Positions 50,472-62,625 of a DNA stretch of 64,000 nucleotides are shown piece after piece. Positions within the stretch are counted from its first letter, which is position 1; each line of letters begins with the position of its first letter. The notes below the pieces were generated by a model that saw only the letters and a list, made by a program, of their open reading frames with translations, was not told the origin of the DNA and searched no databases. The DNA is taken from positions 69,812,401 through 69,876,400 of the forward strand of contig NC_057719.1 in assembly GCF_004010195.1 (NCBI RefSeq). The letters run 5' to 3'. The position numbers were made by a program, and so were the translations under genes. The DNA comes from Chiloscyllium plagiosum. Its lineage: Eukaryota.

Positions 50472-53404
50472 AAGTAAATTCATACCATACATGTGTCAGG
50501 TAATGAGATCACAGTGCACTTAAAATCATTTACCATACTGACTTTGAAATGAGTGGCCCTATCCTGTGCTGTAGCTCAATCAAAAACCTAGAAATCTGTT
50601 CATAACAGCACTGGGTGCACTTAATGACAATGATGGCAACAGTTTTAGATGTTGGCTCAACACTATATCCCCATGGGCAATTAGGAATGCTCACATCCAC
50701 AAACAAAATAAACATTCCAAGACTAGAGACACTTCATTTTAAATCCTTTTGTCAGTGAGAATGATACCACCATTCTCACTGACAAAGAGATGCAATAATA
50801 ACTAATACGTACATATAAAAGGAAAAAAAGGTCACTAGAAATGGATTCTCATGCACACAAACTCAAAACCTCCCAAGCAAGTAACAATATGGTCAGAAAA
50901 ATAAATGTAAAACACACACACAAAATTTCTTCAACCAAAGTTTGTTGCCCATGTCTAAATCACCTCTCACCATGATACAGAGATGGCAGGATGATTTTTG
51001 CATTGGAGGGATGTTTTGTTGGTCAGTGTCTGCTCTTGAAACACGTGAACAAATGTGAAAAAATATCTTCAGTCAGTCAATCAGGGAAATGAGGTTTGAA
51101 ATCTTGGTCTGATAATTTTATATGATTTCTATCTAGATATTACCAGCAGAAAAATCTAGGCCATTCTGTTCACATAGTCCAGTTTTTTTGAGCATTTGGT
51201 CTAGAAGTTAGAGAGGAGGAGCACACTTCTGCATCGCTGTACATGTATTTGATTCCTTTAGAAGAAAAAAAAACTTTACCTATTTCTAAAGTCTTACATG
51301 ATAAATCTCAACATAAACATTAGTTGGTCATTGAGGTTTCAGCTAACTTTTGGAATCCTTGTTGGATGCATTAAAATTTGCAACAGCAGCTGTTTTATAT
51401 CTAATGTCAACAACAGGGAACAAGAAAATACTAAATATAAAGGCTGTAGCATTTTCATGCAAATAAACAAGTTAACAAGCTAACAGTACAAAGATAGTAA
51501 ATCAGATTTACATGTTATTATACAATAATTACAGAAATAGACCAGTTTGCCTTGATTGTACTTTGACTATAATGTTTAATGGGACACTAGGCTAAGCAGG
51601 GTCTTGGGACCTGCACGGTTTTAGAATGATTTTCAGATCCAATTATAATTCTCATTCTGTTCTCAAAAGGGAATTATCATCTATTCAAGCAACTGTTACA
51701 AACATTTGGTGTAAAGCTGTGTTTTTTCAAAGTAACAATTTAGTGAGACTCAGATGTTAATTCTTTCCAAATGGAAACTCCTAGGAGTACAAGAATATGA
51801 AGAAACAATTAGCATATACCAAAAGAAGAACATGTTTAAATAAATACAGGAGATTCCAGTAATACTTCTTGAATTAGTTTCTTTTGGTTTTTGAAAAACA
51901 TTGACTCCTTGTTGCGCTATTTCCACAGATGCTGGTCAGTGTTGGATGACCATCAATTTCACCGTTGTAGTCATTTTTGCAATCACAGATCCGGTCTTCA
52001 GGATTTTCCTATCTAGCAACAACCATCCACATTTCTCAGCAGTGAGAATCCTGGCTGGTTTACACTAATTGTCAAGTCCGTAGCACTGCCCTGACTGAGT
52101 TACTAGAAAGGATGTGGCGTTAGTGTATTTGAATTTGCACTAAGTTCAAGCTGAGAAAGTTCAGCCTACTTCTGGCCAGGACACTGTGGTCAGCACATCA
52201 GGGTCATCAAACCACAAATGTCCCTGGGTTGCACATTCAAAACGCCAAGGCAAACAGGCTCCACTATAGAACAGTCTCCCCATTGAACCCAGACATAATG
52301 GGAGGCAAAGGGAAAATAAATCCTTCTGAAGGCACATAGGTGGCATGAGAGAAACTTCATTGGAAATGGATTATCACATCTGTAAATATTGGTTCACTTT
52401 TCAACAGCTGTGTGTGAGACTGTCATTTTAGTTGTAGTTACAAAGAAAAAAAAAGACTAACCATCGCTGTGTCTCACAGTGCTCTCATCCTATCGGAACT
52501 ATTGCTATCCTTTCCATAAAGCCAATACTAGTGTGAAAATTTGGTCATGATTGACTCATCCAAGAGTTTTTAAGGAGTGCAACAAATAAAAAAAGGTAAC
52601 CTAAGGAGGTAAAGAGCTAATATATTACTAGCTGGCGTGCATCTTCAATGATGTCAGAGGGCATCAGATTGCATGGATCCAGGGCCTGAAGAGAAGAGTT
52701 TCTAATGGGTTCTGAGGGGTCACTGGATTTGAAAATATCAACTCTGCTTTCTCTGCACAGATGTTGCCAGACTTTAGGAGCTTCTCCAGCAATTTGTTTT
52801 TGTTTTCCAATATCCACAATTATTTGTTGTTTTTTCCCCCAAAATGAGCTTCTAATGCAATTCTGTTATACTATAGTCCTGATCTTCACCAGATGGATTA
52901 CAAAAAATGCTAGCAATTTTCTAGGAACTACAAGCTGGCCCTCAAACTCAGCCTCCCTCATTTTCATAGGGGCTGGATTGGAGGTGTGGCATGAAAAAAT
53001 GTTGAATGAGAATGTAGGCTGGAATGTAAACATTTCAGTAGTGGACCCATATTTTATTTTCAATTCACATGGATGCTTGTGGACTCTTTAAAAACTCATT
53101 TAAGATTGTGCAATTGCACATTCTTAAATTGTCCCTGGTCATCCGGTGGCGAGCTGCTTTTTTGGACTGCTGCAATTCTTAGGGTGTAAGTACACCCCAG
53201 TGCTGTTAGGGAAGGAGGGTGGTGGGGGGGGGGGGGGGGGGGGTTACAAAATGTTAAATCCAGAAACAGTGAAGGAATGGTGATATTGTTCCAGGTCAAC
53301 GTGACGTGTTGCCTGGAGGGGAACTTGTGAGGTGATCCTGTATCTGCGATGGAAATGTGTTGCTGGAAAAGCGCAGCAGGTCAGGCAGCATCTAGGGAAC
53401 AGGA

Positions 53405-53441
53405 GAATCGACGTTTCGGGCATTAGCCCTTCTTCAGGAAT
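53405..53441 (-). ncRNA. Minimal hammerhead ribozyme motif, core intact
   Basis: Minus strand attcCTGAAGAaGGGCtaatGCCCGAAACGTCgatt: CUGAnGA, stem II, GAAA, palindromic ACGT, GUC triplet. Confidence 0.72.
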
Positions 53442-53545
53442 GAGGGAAGTTGGTCCAGCAGGCTAAGATAAAAGATAGGGAGGAGGGACTTGGGGGAGGG
53501 GCGTTGGAAATGTGATAGGTGGAAAGAGGTCAAGGTGAGGGTGAT

Positions 53546-54136
53546 NNNNNNNNNNNNNNNNNNNNNNNNNNNNNNNNNNNNNNNNNNNNNNNNNNNNNNN
53601 NNNNNNNNNNNNNNNNNNNNNNNNNNNNNNNNNNNNNNNNNNNNNNNNNNNNNNNNNNNNNNNNNNNNNNNNNNNNNNNNNNNNNNNNNNNNNNNNNNNN
53701 NNNNNNNNNNNNNNNNNNNNNNNNNNNNNNNNNNNNNNNNNNNNNNNNNNNNNNNNNNNNNNNNNNNNNNNNNNNNNNNNNNNNNNNNNNNNNNNNNNNN
53801 NNNNNNNNNNNNNNNNNNNNNNNNNNNNNNNNNNNNNNNNNNNNNNNNNNNNNNNNNNNNNNNNNNNNNNNNNNNNNNNNNNNNNNNNNNNNNNNNNNNN
53901 NNNNNNNNNNNNNNNNNNNNNNNNNNNNNNNNNNNNNNNNNNNNNNNNNNNNNNNNNNNNNNNNNNNNNNNNNNNNNNNNNNNNNNNNNNNNNNNNNNNN
54001 NNNNNNNNNNNNNNNNNNNNNNNNNNNNNNNNNNNNNNNNNNNNNNNNNNNNNNNNNNNNNNNNNNNNNNNNNNNNNNNNNNNNNNNNNNNNNNNNNNNN
54101 NNNNNNNNNNNNNNNNNNNNNNNNNNNNNNNNNNNN
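53546..54136. other. Assembly gap (591 N)
   Basis: Run of n characters. Confidence 1.
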
Positions 54137-56149
54137 GGGGGGAAATTGCGGTCCTTGAAAAAGGGGGCCATCTGGGTTGTACGTTTTTGGATCTGGTCCT
54201 CCTGGGAGCAGATGCGGCGGAGTCGAAGGAATTGGGAGAATGGGATGGCGTTTTTACAGGGGGCAGGATGGGAGGAGGTGTAGTCCAGTTAGCTGTGGGA
54301 GTCGGTCGGTTTGTAGTAGATGTCCGTGTTGATTTGTTCGCCTGAGATAGAAATAGAAAGGTCGAGGAAGGGGAGGGAGGGATCTGAGACTGTCCAGGTG
54401 AATTTGAGGTCGGGGTGGAAGGTGTTGGTGAAGTGGATGAACTGTTCAACCTCCTCGTGGGAGCACGAGGCGGCGCCGATACAGTCATCGATGTAGCGGA
54501 GGAAAAGGTGGGGGGTGTTCGGTCGCCTGAGATAGAAATAGAAAGGTCGAGAAAGGGGAGGGAGGAATCTGAGACTGTCCAGGTGAATTTGAGGTCGGGG
54601 TGGATCCAGGTGAATTTGAGGTCGGGGTGGAATACAGATCCTGTATCTGCCCTTGTTCTTCTAGGTGGTACTGGTTACAGTTTTGGAAAGTGCTCTTTCT
54701 TTTTCCTTTAATGGGATGTGATCATACTTGGCAAGGCCATAGTCTGTTGCCCATCCCTAACTGCCTTCGCCCACCATTTCAGGGGACAGCTAAGAATTAA
54801 CCATGTTGCTATGTGATTTGAATCACATGTCAGCTAGACCAGATAAGACTTCCTTCACTCAAGACATTGATTGTTATAAAAACATATGTAGTTCATCAAG
54901 GATAGTTTTACTGTCCATCACCCTGTCCAACCCATATCCCTGGAATAAAATCAGCAATGCAGCTAGGCCTTTTTATAGGTTGACTGTGCAAAGCTGAGAT
55001 TTCTCTTGACTCTGAACCCAACCTAGAGATAAAAATCAGTCCCTCTGGAAATAACGTAAGTGATTAATGAATGTTCATCTGTTAGTATTAGTATGGTCTC
55101 CAGTCCTCATCTGTCAAAAGGAACCCATAAGTAGGTTGTAATACAGATACAATAATTGAATTGTATCAGATCAGGGAAGGTGATATCCATAGTGCTCTGA
55201 CAGGCAACTTTGTAGCACTGCATCAGGCACTGATAATGATGTCAAACCAAGCCACATGAGGTGACTGGAGCAGTATATAAAGCCCAGAATACAGAATTTT
55301 GGTAGAACTAATCTGTAACCTAGGACCAGACCATCAATTTTCACTATTTGGCAATCTAGTTTTCTGTGTTTGTGTTAGTTTTTTTTTCCAAATAAATTTG
55401 TTTTATGACTAGGTATTTGTTTAGAAGTAATAGGTTTCCAATTATAACAGCGGTGAAATTAACATGCCTGTGCAATAATTGTTTCCCAGGATTAGGACAT
55501 CAGTAGCAAGGTCAGAAATTTATTCTTCATCCCTAGTTACCATTAGAAAAGGTTATGATGGTTGAAGAGGTTCCCAAAATAGTGAAAGCCAATGCCCCAA
55601 GCAGTCACTGTGGCACAATGATCCATAAGCAGAAGCACGTTTCCTTTTCAAACAAGCAAACACTATGACGGTCCACAAGTTAATAGAAGTTTTCAGCTGA
55701 ACTCCAATAAAAACAAGGGAGAACAAAAAAAAAAAGACACACACAATGCAGCACAAACTCAGCAAGTCTGGCAACATCTGGGCAGAGAGAAACAAAGTTG
55801 ATGTTTTGAGTAACTCTTCAGAACTGTAACATGTTGGGAAGTATAGTTTGTTCTTCTTTAAAAATATTTTGGTAGAGACACAGGAGGACCAGTACAAATG
55901 ACAAAGGGGTTGTTAGGGAGAGCGAGAGCACGAAAGAGGCAAGGAATTACAAGGATTTAATTTATTGTAGTCATGTGTACTAAGTACTGTCAAAAGTTTT
56001 GCTTTGCAAGTAGTGCAGGCTATTCATAGCAAATAAGAGCATAGAGATCAAAGGGTGCTTCGACAGAGTGCAGCATACAGGTTACACTGAACAAGAAGTG
56101 CACATAGGAAGATCAACATTAATTTCAAATAATATTGATCTTGTCAAAG

Positions 56150-56700
56150 AGTGCATTCATCAACTAATAACAGCAGGAAAGAACCTGTTAATGCATGTGT
56201 TCAAGCTTCTGTGTCTTCTGCCTGATAGAAGAGGTTGTTGGAGAGCATTATTGGGGTGGAAGGGGTCTTTGATAACATTGGCTGCCTTTCTGAGTCAACA
56301 AGATGTGTAAATGGAAGGGAGGTTGGCTTCTGTGATGGTCTGGGCTGTGCACAGAACCTTCTGTAGTTTCCTCTGGTCCTGGGCATACGAGGCTGTTATG
56401 CACCAGGATAGAATGCTTTGTGTGGTACATCTGTAAAAGTTGGCAAGGGTCCTTATGGACATGCTGAATTTTCTAAGCCTCCTGATGTTGTGTCTTCTTG
56501 ATCATCACAACTACTTGAGAGGTCCAAGACAGGTTGTTGGTTATTGTCACTCTTAAGATCTTGACAGTCTTGACCCCCTCCACCTCAGTTCCACTGATGT
56601 AGATGAGGGAGTGGTGGTGGGGGGTGGGGGGTGAAGATATTTGTTCTCCTTTTCTCCTGAGGTCAATGATCAGTTCTTATGTTTTGTCAACATGAAGGAG
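56150..56700 (-). mobile_element. Rex1/Babar-like or L2-like LINE 3' fragment
   Basis: Minus strand VIKDPFHP..PLLSGRRHRSL resembles the C-terminus of Rex/Babar ORF2. Confidence 0.6.
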
Positions 56701-56744
56701 AGAGAAGTTGTCATTATTACACCATGACACCAAGCCCTCTAAAA

Positions 56745-57129
56745 AAGAAATTCCTCCTCATCTCAGTCTTAAATTGGCACCTCTTAATTCTGAGACTATG
56801 CACTCTTGTACTACATCTTCCATGTGCTGAAACAAGCTCTCAACATTTACCTATATTTCAATGAAATCATCTCTCGTTCTTCTAAACTCCAGTGAGTACA
56901 GTCCCAACCTGAGTAATCTTTGCTCATAAGAAATCTTTCCATTGCAGCAATCACAATGGATCTTCTCTGAACTACCTTTAATGAATTTTTTTTTTCCCCC
57001 CCTGAAGTAATGGGACCAAAACTGCTCACAGTACTCCAGATGCAGTCTCACCAGCACCTTGTATAGTTGCTGTGAGATTTTCCTAATCTTTTACTCCAAC
57101 ATCTTTAAAACAAGGGACAACATTCCTTT
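56745..57129 (-). mobile_element. CR1 3' fragment, host of the PLE at 57130
   Basis: LVRLHLEYCEQFWS; LGLYSLEFRRTRDDFIE. Confidence 0.85.
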
Positions 57130-59011
57130 AGGTAAAAACAATGACTGCAGATGCTGGAAACCAGATTCTGGATTAGTGGTGCTGGAAGAGCACAGCAGTT
57201 CAGGCAGCATCCAAGGAGCTTCGAAATTGACGTTTTGGGCAAAAGCCCTTCATCAGGAATAAAGGCAGTGAGCCTGAAGAGTGTAGAGATAAGCTAGAGG
57301 AGGGTGGGGGTGTGGAGAAAGTAAACCAAATCATCCACCGACATTTCTGCCACCTCCAAACAGACCCCACCACCAGGGAAATATTTCCCTCCCCACCCCC
57401 CGCGACTACCTGGTCAGGTCCACGCCCCCCTACAACCCACCCTCCCATCCTGGCACTTTCCCAGGAACTGTAAAACCTGCGCCCACACCGCCTCCCTCAC
57501 CTCTATCCAACGCCCTAAAGGAGCCTTCCACATCCAAAGTTTTACTTGCACATCCACTAATATCATTTATTGTATTTGTTGCTCCCGATGCGGTCTCCTC
57601 TACGTTGGGGAGACTGGGCGCCTCCTAGCAGAGCGCTTTAGGGAACATCTCCGGGACACCCACACCAATCAACCACACCACCCCGTGGCCCAACATTTCA
57701 ACTTCCCCTCCCACTCTGCCGAGGACATGGAGGTCCTGGGCCTCCTTCACCACTGCTCCAGACACCTGGAGGAAGAACGCCTCATCTTCCGCCTCGGAAC
57801 ACTTCAATCCCAGGGCATCAATGTGGACTTCACTATTTTCCTCCTCATTTCCCCTTCCCCCACCTCACCCTAGTTCCAAACTTCCAGCTCAGCACTGTCC
57901 CCATGACTTGTCCGGACTTGTCCTACCTGCCTATCTCCTTTTCCACCTATCCACTCCACCCTCCTCCTTGACCTATCACCTTCATCCCCTCCCCCACTCA
58001 CCCATTGTACTCTATGCTGCCTCCGAAATTTTAATTTTGTCTCCTTCAAAGATATAATAAGGAGGGCCCTGTATAGACTGCTGCTGCACACCGTCCACCT
58101 CTTCTCCCTCATCCACCGTCCGGACATGCCTTGGCGTGCCCATTTGCCACGGGGCCGTGGGGATCCCCAGTGGAGGGCTCTCTACGCGGGAGTCCTCCCC
58201 CTTTCTCTCGAGGATCTGGGGTGGAGGTTGCTGCACGCAGCAGTCCCCTGCAACCGCAGACAGCGGTGGTTCACGGACTCCCAGCCCAACTGCTTGTTCT
58301 GTGGCGCTGTGGAGTCCGTGGACCATGTATATATTGGGTGTGGGCGTTTGCACTCCCTTTTTGATTTCCTTAAAAACCTCCTCCTCTGCTTTTGGTTGCA
58401 CTTCAGTCCCACGCTCCTGATCTTTGGGCACCCGGTATGGAGGAAGGAGGGCAGGTCTGAAGACCTCCTCGTGGGTCTGCTCCTGGGCCTGGCCAAACTG
58501 GCCATCAACAGGTCCAGGCAGCAGGCCCTGGAGGGGGTCGTTAGGGCCGACTGCCTGCCCCTCTTCCGCGGCTACGTTAGAGCCCGGGTGTCCTTGGAGA
58601 AGGAGCACGCGGTGTCGACCAACACCTTGGAGTTGTTCAGGGAGAGGTGGGTGCCGCAGGGAGTGGAGTGCATCATTTCTCCCTCCAACTCTATTTTGAT
58701 TTAGTCCCTACCCTCCCCTTCACTGTTTTGATCACACAGCACTGCCCTCGGATGTGAAGGGCAGTGTTTGTCACTGGCTACCCGGGTGTTTTCCTATCTT
58801 CCTGGTGGTGGAAAAGAAACAAAAAGAAAAAAAAAAAAAAAAGTACTCTATGCTACTTATTCCACACCCCCACCCTCCTCTAACTTATCTCTCCATGCTT
58901 CAGGCTCTCTGCCTTTATTCCTGATGAAGGGCTTTTGCCCAAAATATCGATTTCGAAGCTCCTTGGATGCTGCCTGAACTGCTGTGCTCTTCCAGCACCA
59001 CTAATCCAGAA
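57130..59011 (+). mobile_element. Penelope-like element (GIY-YIG region) with inverted terminal pseudo-LTRs; contains a Tx1 insertion
   Basis: NIIYCICCSRCGLLYVGETGRLLAERFREH; 57166-57323 is the reverse complement of 58855-59011; 13-bp TSD ACAACATTCCTTT at 57117-57129 and 59012-59024. Confidence 0.92.
58019..58842 (+). mobile_element. Tx1-like (L1 clade) LINE, 5'-truncated; ORF2 C-terminus still open (58021-58704), poly(A) tail
   Basis: CLFCGAVESVDHVYIGC zinc-binding motif; DLGWRLLH, LGLAKLAI; 12-bp TSD GTACTCTATGCT at 58007-58018 and 58843-58854. Confidence 0.88.
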
Positions 59012-60254
59012 ACAACATTCCTTTTAATTTCCTACTCTGGTTTGAAATTCAGACACTTACATTTTGCTTCCAATTTCCATCATTTCCCCCCCCCCCCCAA
59101 CCTTCACCTTGCCTGTTCCTGACTCTTCTTTCATGTTACTGTTTCCATTTCAGGGGATTTCATTACAAACATTTCCATTACAAACCCACCAACTCTCAGT
59201 CACCTTGATGACATTCCCTCATATCCTGCTTCCTGTAAGGATTCCATTCCATTCTCCCAGAATCTCTGTCATGGCTGTGAGGCGGGGGGGGGGGTGGAAA
59301 GAATGTAATAAAAACATACATAACACAATCACCTTTTGATGTTATTGAATTCAAAATGGAGACATCACACCTATAAAAATGCTTGAATAAATAAAAATGA
59401 GGTGCTGTTTCTTGAGCTGCATTGGAATGTTGCAGCAGGTCCAGAACTTAAACATTAGCATGACAGCAAAATGGCAAGCAATAGGTACGTCAGGGCCATC
59501 CCCAAGGACAGAAAATTGTGTTCTGCAGAAGTGGTCACCTAGTCTGTGCTTGGTCTCACCAATGTACAAGAGAGTGGGCAGTGAGTACAGTAGACCAGAT
59601 TGAAAGAAGTCAAAGTAAAACACTGCTTCACCTTGGGTCTTGGAAAGTCAGAATGGTGGAGGTGACTGGACAAGCACTACATCTTTAGGATTGCAAGGGA
59701 AGATGTGATAGGGCTGCGAGGAAGCATTAAAAGTGTGGAGGAGTGGACCAGAGTGTCATGGAGGGAATGGTCCCTGAAAAATGCTGACAGTGGAGGGATG
59801 GAGAAGACATGTTTTGATGGTGGCATCCTCCGGAGGTGACAGAAATGGCGATGGATGATCCCCAAAAGAAAGAAACTGGTGATGTGGAAAGTAAGGATAA
59901 TGAGAATGCCATCAGTGCTCTGGGAAAGAGGGGCGAGACCAAGGGCAGAAGTGTAGAGATGGGTCAGAGCTGAGGACTCTGTCAACTGAAATAGGGAGAA
60001 ATCCTCATTTGAGGAAAATAGTCAGAGACAGCCTGGTTGAAGGTGGCACACAGTCAGAACAGATGCAATAGAAACAGAAAAAAACCTGGAGAATGAAATG
60101 GTATTCTCCAGGAAGCAGGGTGTGAGGAGTTGTAATCAAGTTAACTGTGGGATTCATGGGCTGTTATGGCTACTGCTGAACAATCAATCCCAGAAATGAA
60201 AACAGCAATATCAAAGAAGGAAAGGGAAAGAGTCAGATGGACCAGGTGAAGGAT

Positions 60255-61510
60255 ATGGAGTTAGACACCAGGGAAACAGACCCTTCGGTCCAACTCATCC
60301 AGGCTGTCCAAGTTTCCCCAAACTAACCTAGTCCTATTTGCCTGCATTTGGCCTATATCCCTCTAAACTTTTCCTATCCATTTACCTTTCTAAATATCTT
60401 CAAGGTGTTGTAACTGACCTGCATCTACCACTTCCTTAGGCAGTTGATTTCATATACAGATCACCCTCTGTGCGAAAACGTTGCCCCTTGGGCTCTTTTT
60501 AAAATCTTTATCTTTTCACCTTAAAAGATGCTCTCTAGTTTTGAAATTGCCTACACTAGGGGAAAAAACCCTTCACTATTTACCTTACCGATGCACCTCA
60601 CGATTTTAAACCCCGAAGGTTACACCTCAACCTCCTACACCTTACTGAACAAAAGTCCCAGCCATCTTTATAACTCAAACCCTCCAGTCCTGGCAACAAC
60701 CTTTTAAGTCTTTTCTGAATTCTACTTAATAAATATCCTTCCTATAGAATGGCGACAAGAACTGCACACTGTACTTCAACAGTGCCCTTACCAATATCCA
60801 GTCCAATTGCAACATGACCTCCCAACTCCCAGAAATCAATGGTTTAAGCAATGAAGGCAAAGAGTGTTAAATGCCTTAACTGTCCTGTGATGCAATTTAT
60901 AAAGAACTATATACCTTTACCCCTCGGTCTCTGTTTGACACCACTCCCCAGGGTCGTACCATTACTATGTAGGAGTTCTGCCCTTGTTTTTCCTTACCAA
61001 AATGCAACACCTCACATTTATCCAAATTAAACTCTGTCACTCCTTGGCCCATTGGCCCAATTGATCCAGATCCCTTTATAATCTTAGATAAGCCCGGACG
61101 GAATTTCACATTGGCCCCAAGGTCCTGTACTTCCCGCGGGAGCCTGTGCCCCACAACCTGAGCCGCCTCCGAAATTTTAATTTTGTTTTGTTTCGGGAGG
61201 TTAAGGAAAAAAAAAAAAAAGAAGAAAAAAAAAATATAATCTTAGATAACCTTCTGCACTGACCACTATAACCACCAATTTTTGTTTCATCTGCAAACTT
61301 ACTAACCATGCCTCTGATATTCTCACCTAAATCATTTACATAAATGACAAACAACAGTGGACCCAGCACTGATCCCTGTGGAACACCACTAGTAACTGGC
61401 CTCTAGTCCAAAAAACAACTCTCCATCACCACTGTCTCCTGCTATTAAGCCAATTTCCTATCCAGCTGACAAGCCCACCCTAAATCCCATGTGATCTAAC
61501 TCTACTAACC
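60255..61510 (-). mobile_element. CR1 3' part
   Basis: [38 protein letters not shown]. Confidence 0.9.
61092..61234 (+). mobile_element. Polyadenylated internal fragment of the Tx1-like ORF2
   Basis: In frame [11 protein letters not shown]...[11 protein letters not shown], overlapping the start of the 58019 copy; A tail; 15-bp TSD TATAATCTTAGATAA at 61077-61091 and 61235-61249. Confidence 0.85.
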
Positions 61511-62209
61511 AGAGAAGGAAGGATGGAAATTGGGAGCAAGACTGATTTTTTTAAATTCTGAAAGAGAGCAGAAGCATCACCAAAGACACAATTGAAGTAT
61601 CAAATGAAGTATTGTGGGTGTGTGCTGGAACAACTGAATGTTCCTGCACAGAGACAGGCATAGCTGGGAACCAAGTAGGTACTCATGGCCACACCTTTGA
61701 CTTGGAATGTAACTGGAAAGAAATGGAATACTTTTATTTCCCAACTATTAACAACATGTCTTTTCTTTAAATTTGGCCTCTACACCTTGCTCCTTGGTTC
61801 TCCTCTGCCTGAAGTACAATATAAATTTTTCCAACACTTTACAGTTTTAAAGATGACTGATATCATACTAGAAGCGTTAAATCTGTTTCTTTCTTCACAA
61901 AACCAGCCAGAGTTTCTCCAATATTCTCAGGTGTTTGTTTCAGATTTCCAGCGTCCACAGTATTTTGCTTTCATTAGCAGAAGCATAAGTGATGGGTACA
62001 AACTAGATCGCTCACCATTTTTCTGTTTATTGTGTCTTTAAAATAATTGCAATAGGATGCAAAAGAAAAAGAAAAAAAAAAATCATTCTATTATTCTCAA
62101 CAGAAAGTTTGTTCTTTCGGGGGATAACACAGCAATTAACATAAATAATGCTTCAACCTCATTCAAAGAAGGAAGATGACTACATTTGCAGGTTCGTAAC
62201 AAACGAATT

Positions 62210-62625
62210 TGCACAGACTCAGGAAACTCCAGAATACTTTAAAGCCAATTTGAAGTGTAGAAAATAATCAAATAGGTCAGGCATCATTAGAATTGAATAC
62301 CACTAAATTGACCTGTTAACACCAGTTCTCTCTCCAAAGACACTGCCAGGCCTGTTGAGTATTTACTGCATTTTCAGTTGCTTCCGGTTTCCAACAGCTG
62401 CAGTATTTTACTTGAATATTTTTGAAGTGTCATTGTAGTGCAGTGAACACGGAAGATCATTTGCATAATACACAACACCTTTGACATAATCTGTCCCTTC
62501 GTAATGTTGGTTGAGGGATTATAAGTCGGTCTGGATACCAGTTCTAATTCTCATTCAGTTTTGTTACAGAATCTTTTATATCCACCTTTGAAGACATGCA
62601 CGCTGAGTTTAAAATCTCACTTAGA
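62210..62625 (-). mobile_element. Deu-domain SINE fragment interrupted by a short PLE piece
   Basis: TTTTGAAGTGTCATTGT..ATAATCTG..ATGTTGGTTGAGGGAT..ATCTTTTATATCCACCT. Confidence 0.6.

Larger units (their letters stand above)
53348..54636 (-). mobile_element. Young Penelope-like element spanning an assembly gap
   Basis: Minus strand RYIDDCIGAASCSHEEVEQFIHFTNTFHPDLKFTW..PFLDL..YYKPTDSH..KNAIPFSQFLRLRRICS; 14-bp TSD GATCCTGTATCTGC at 53334-53347 and 54637-54650. Confidence 0.92.
59350..61730 (-). mobile_element. Old PLE (59350-60254, resuming 61510-61730) interrupted by a CR1
   Basis: LLYIGETKHRLGDHF (GIY-YIG); PPLSAFFRDHSLHDTLVHS. Confidence 0.8.

Noticed and set aside
53463..54488. Long ORFs of 213-341 aa
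   Set aside because: Artefacts of translating through the N gap
58012..58608. 198-aa minus-strand ORF
   Set aside because: Antisense shadow of the GC-rich Tx1 ORF2
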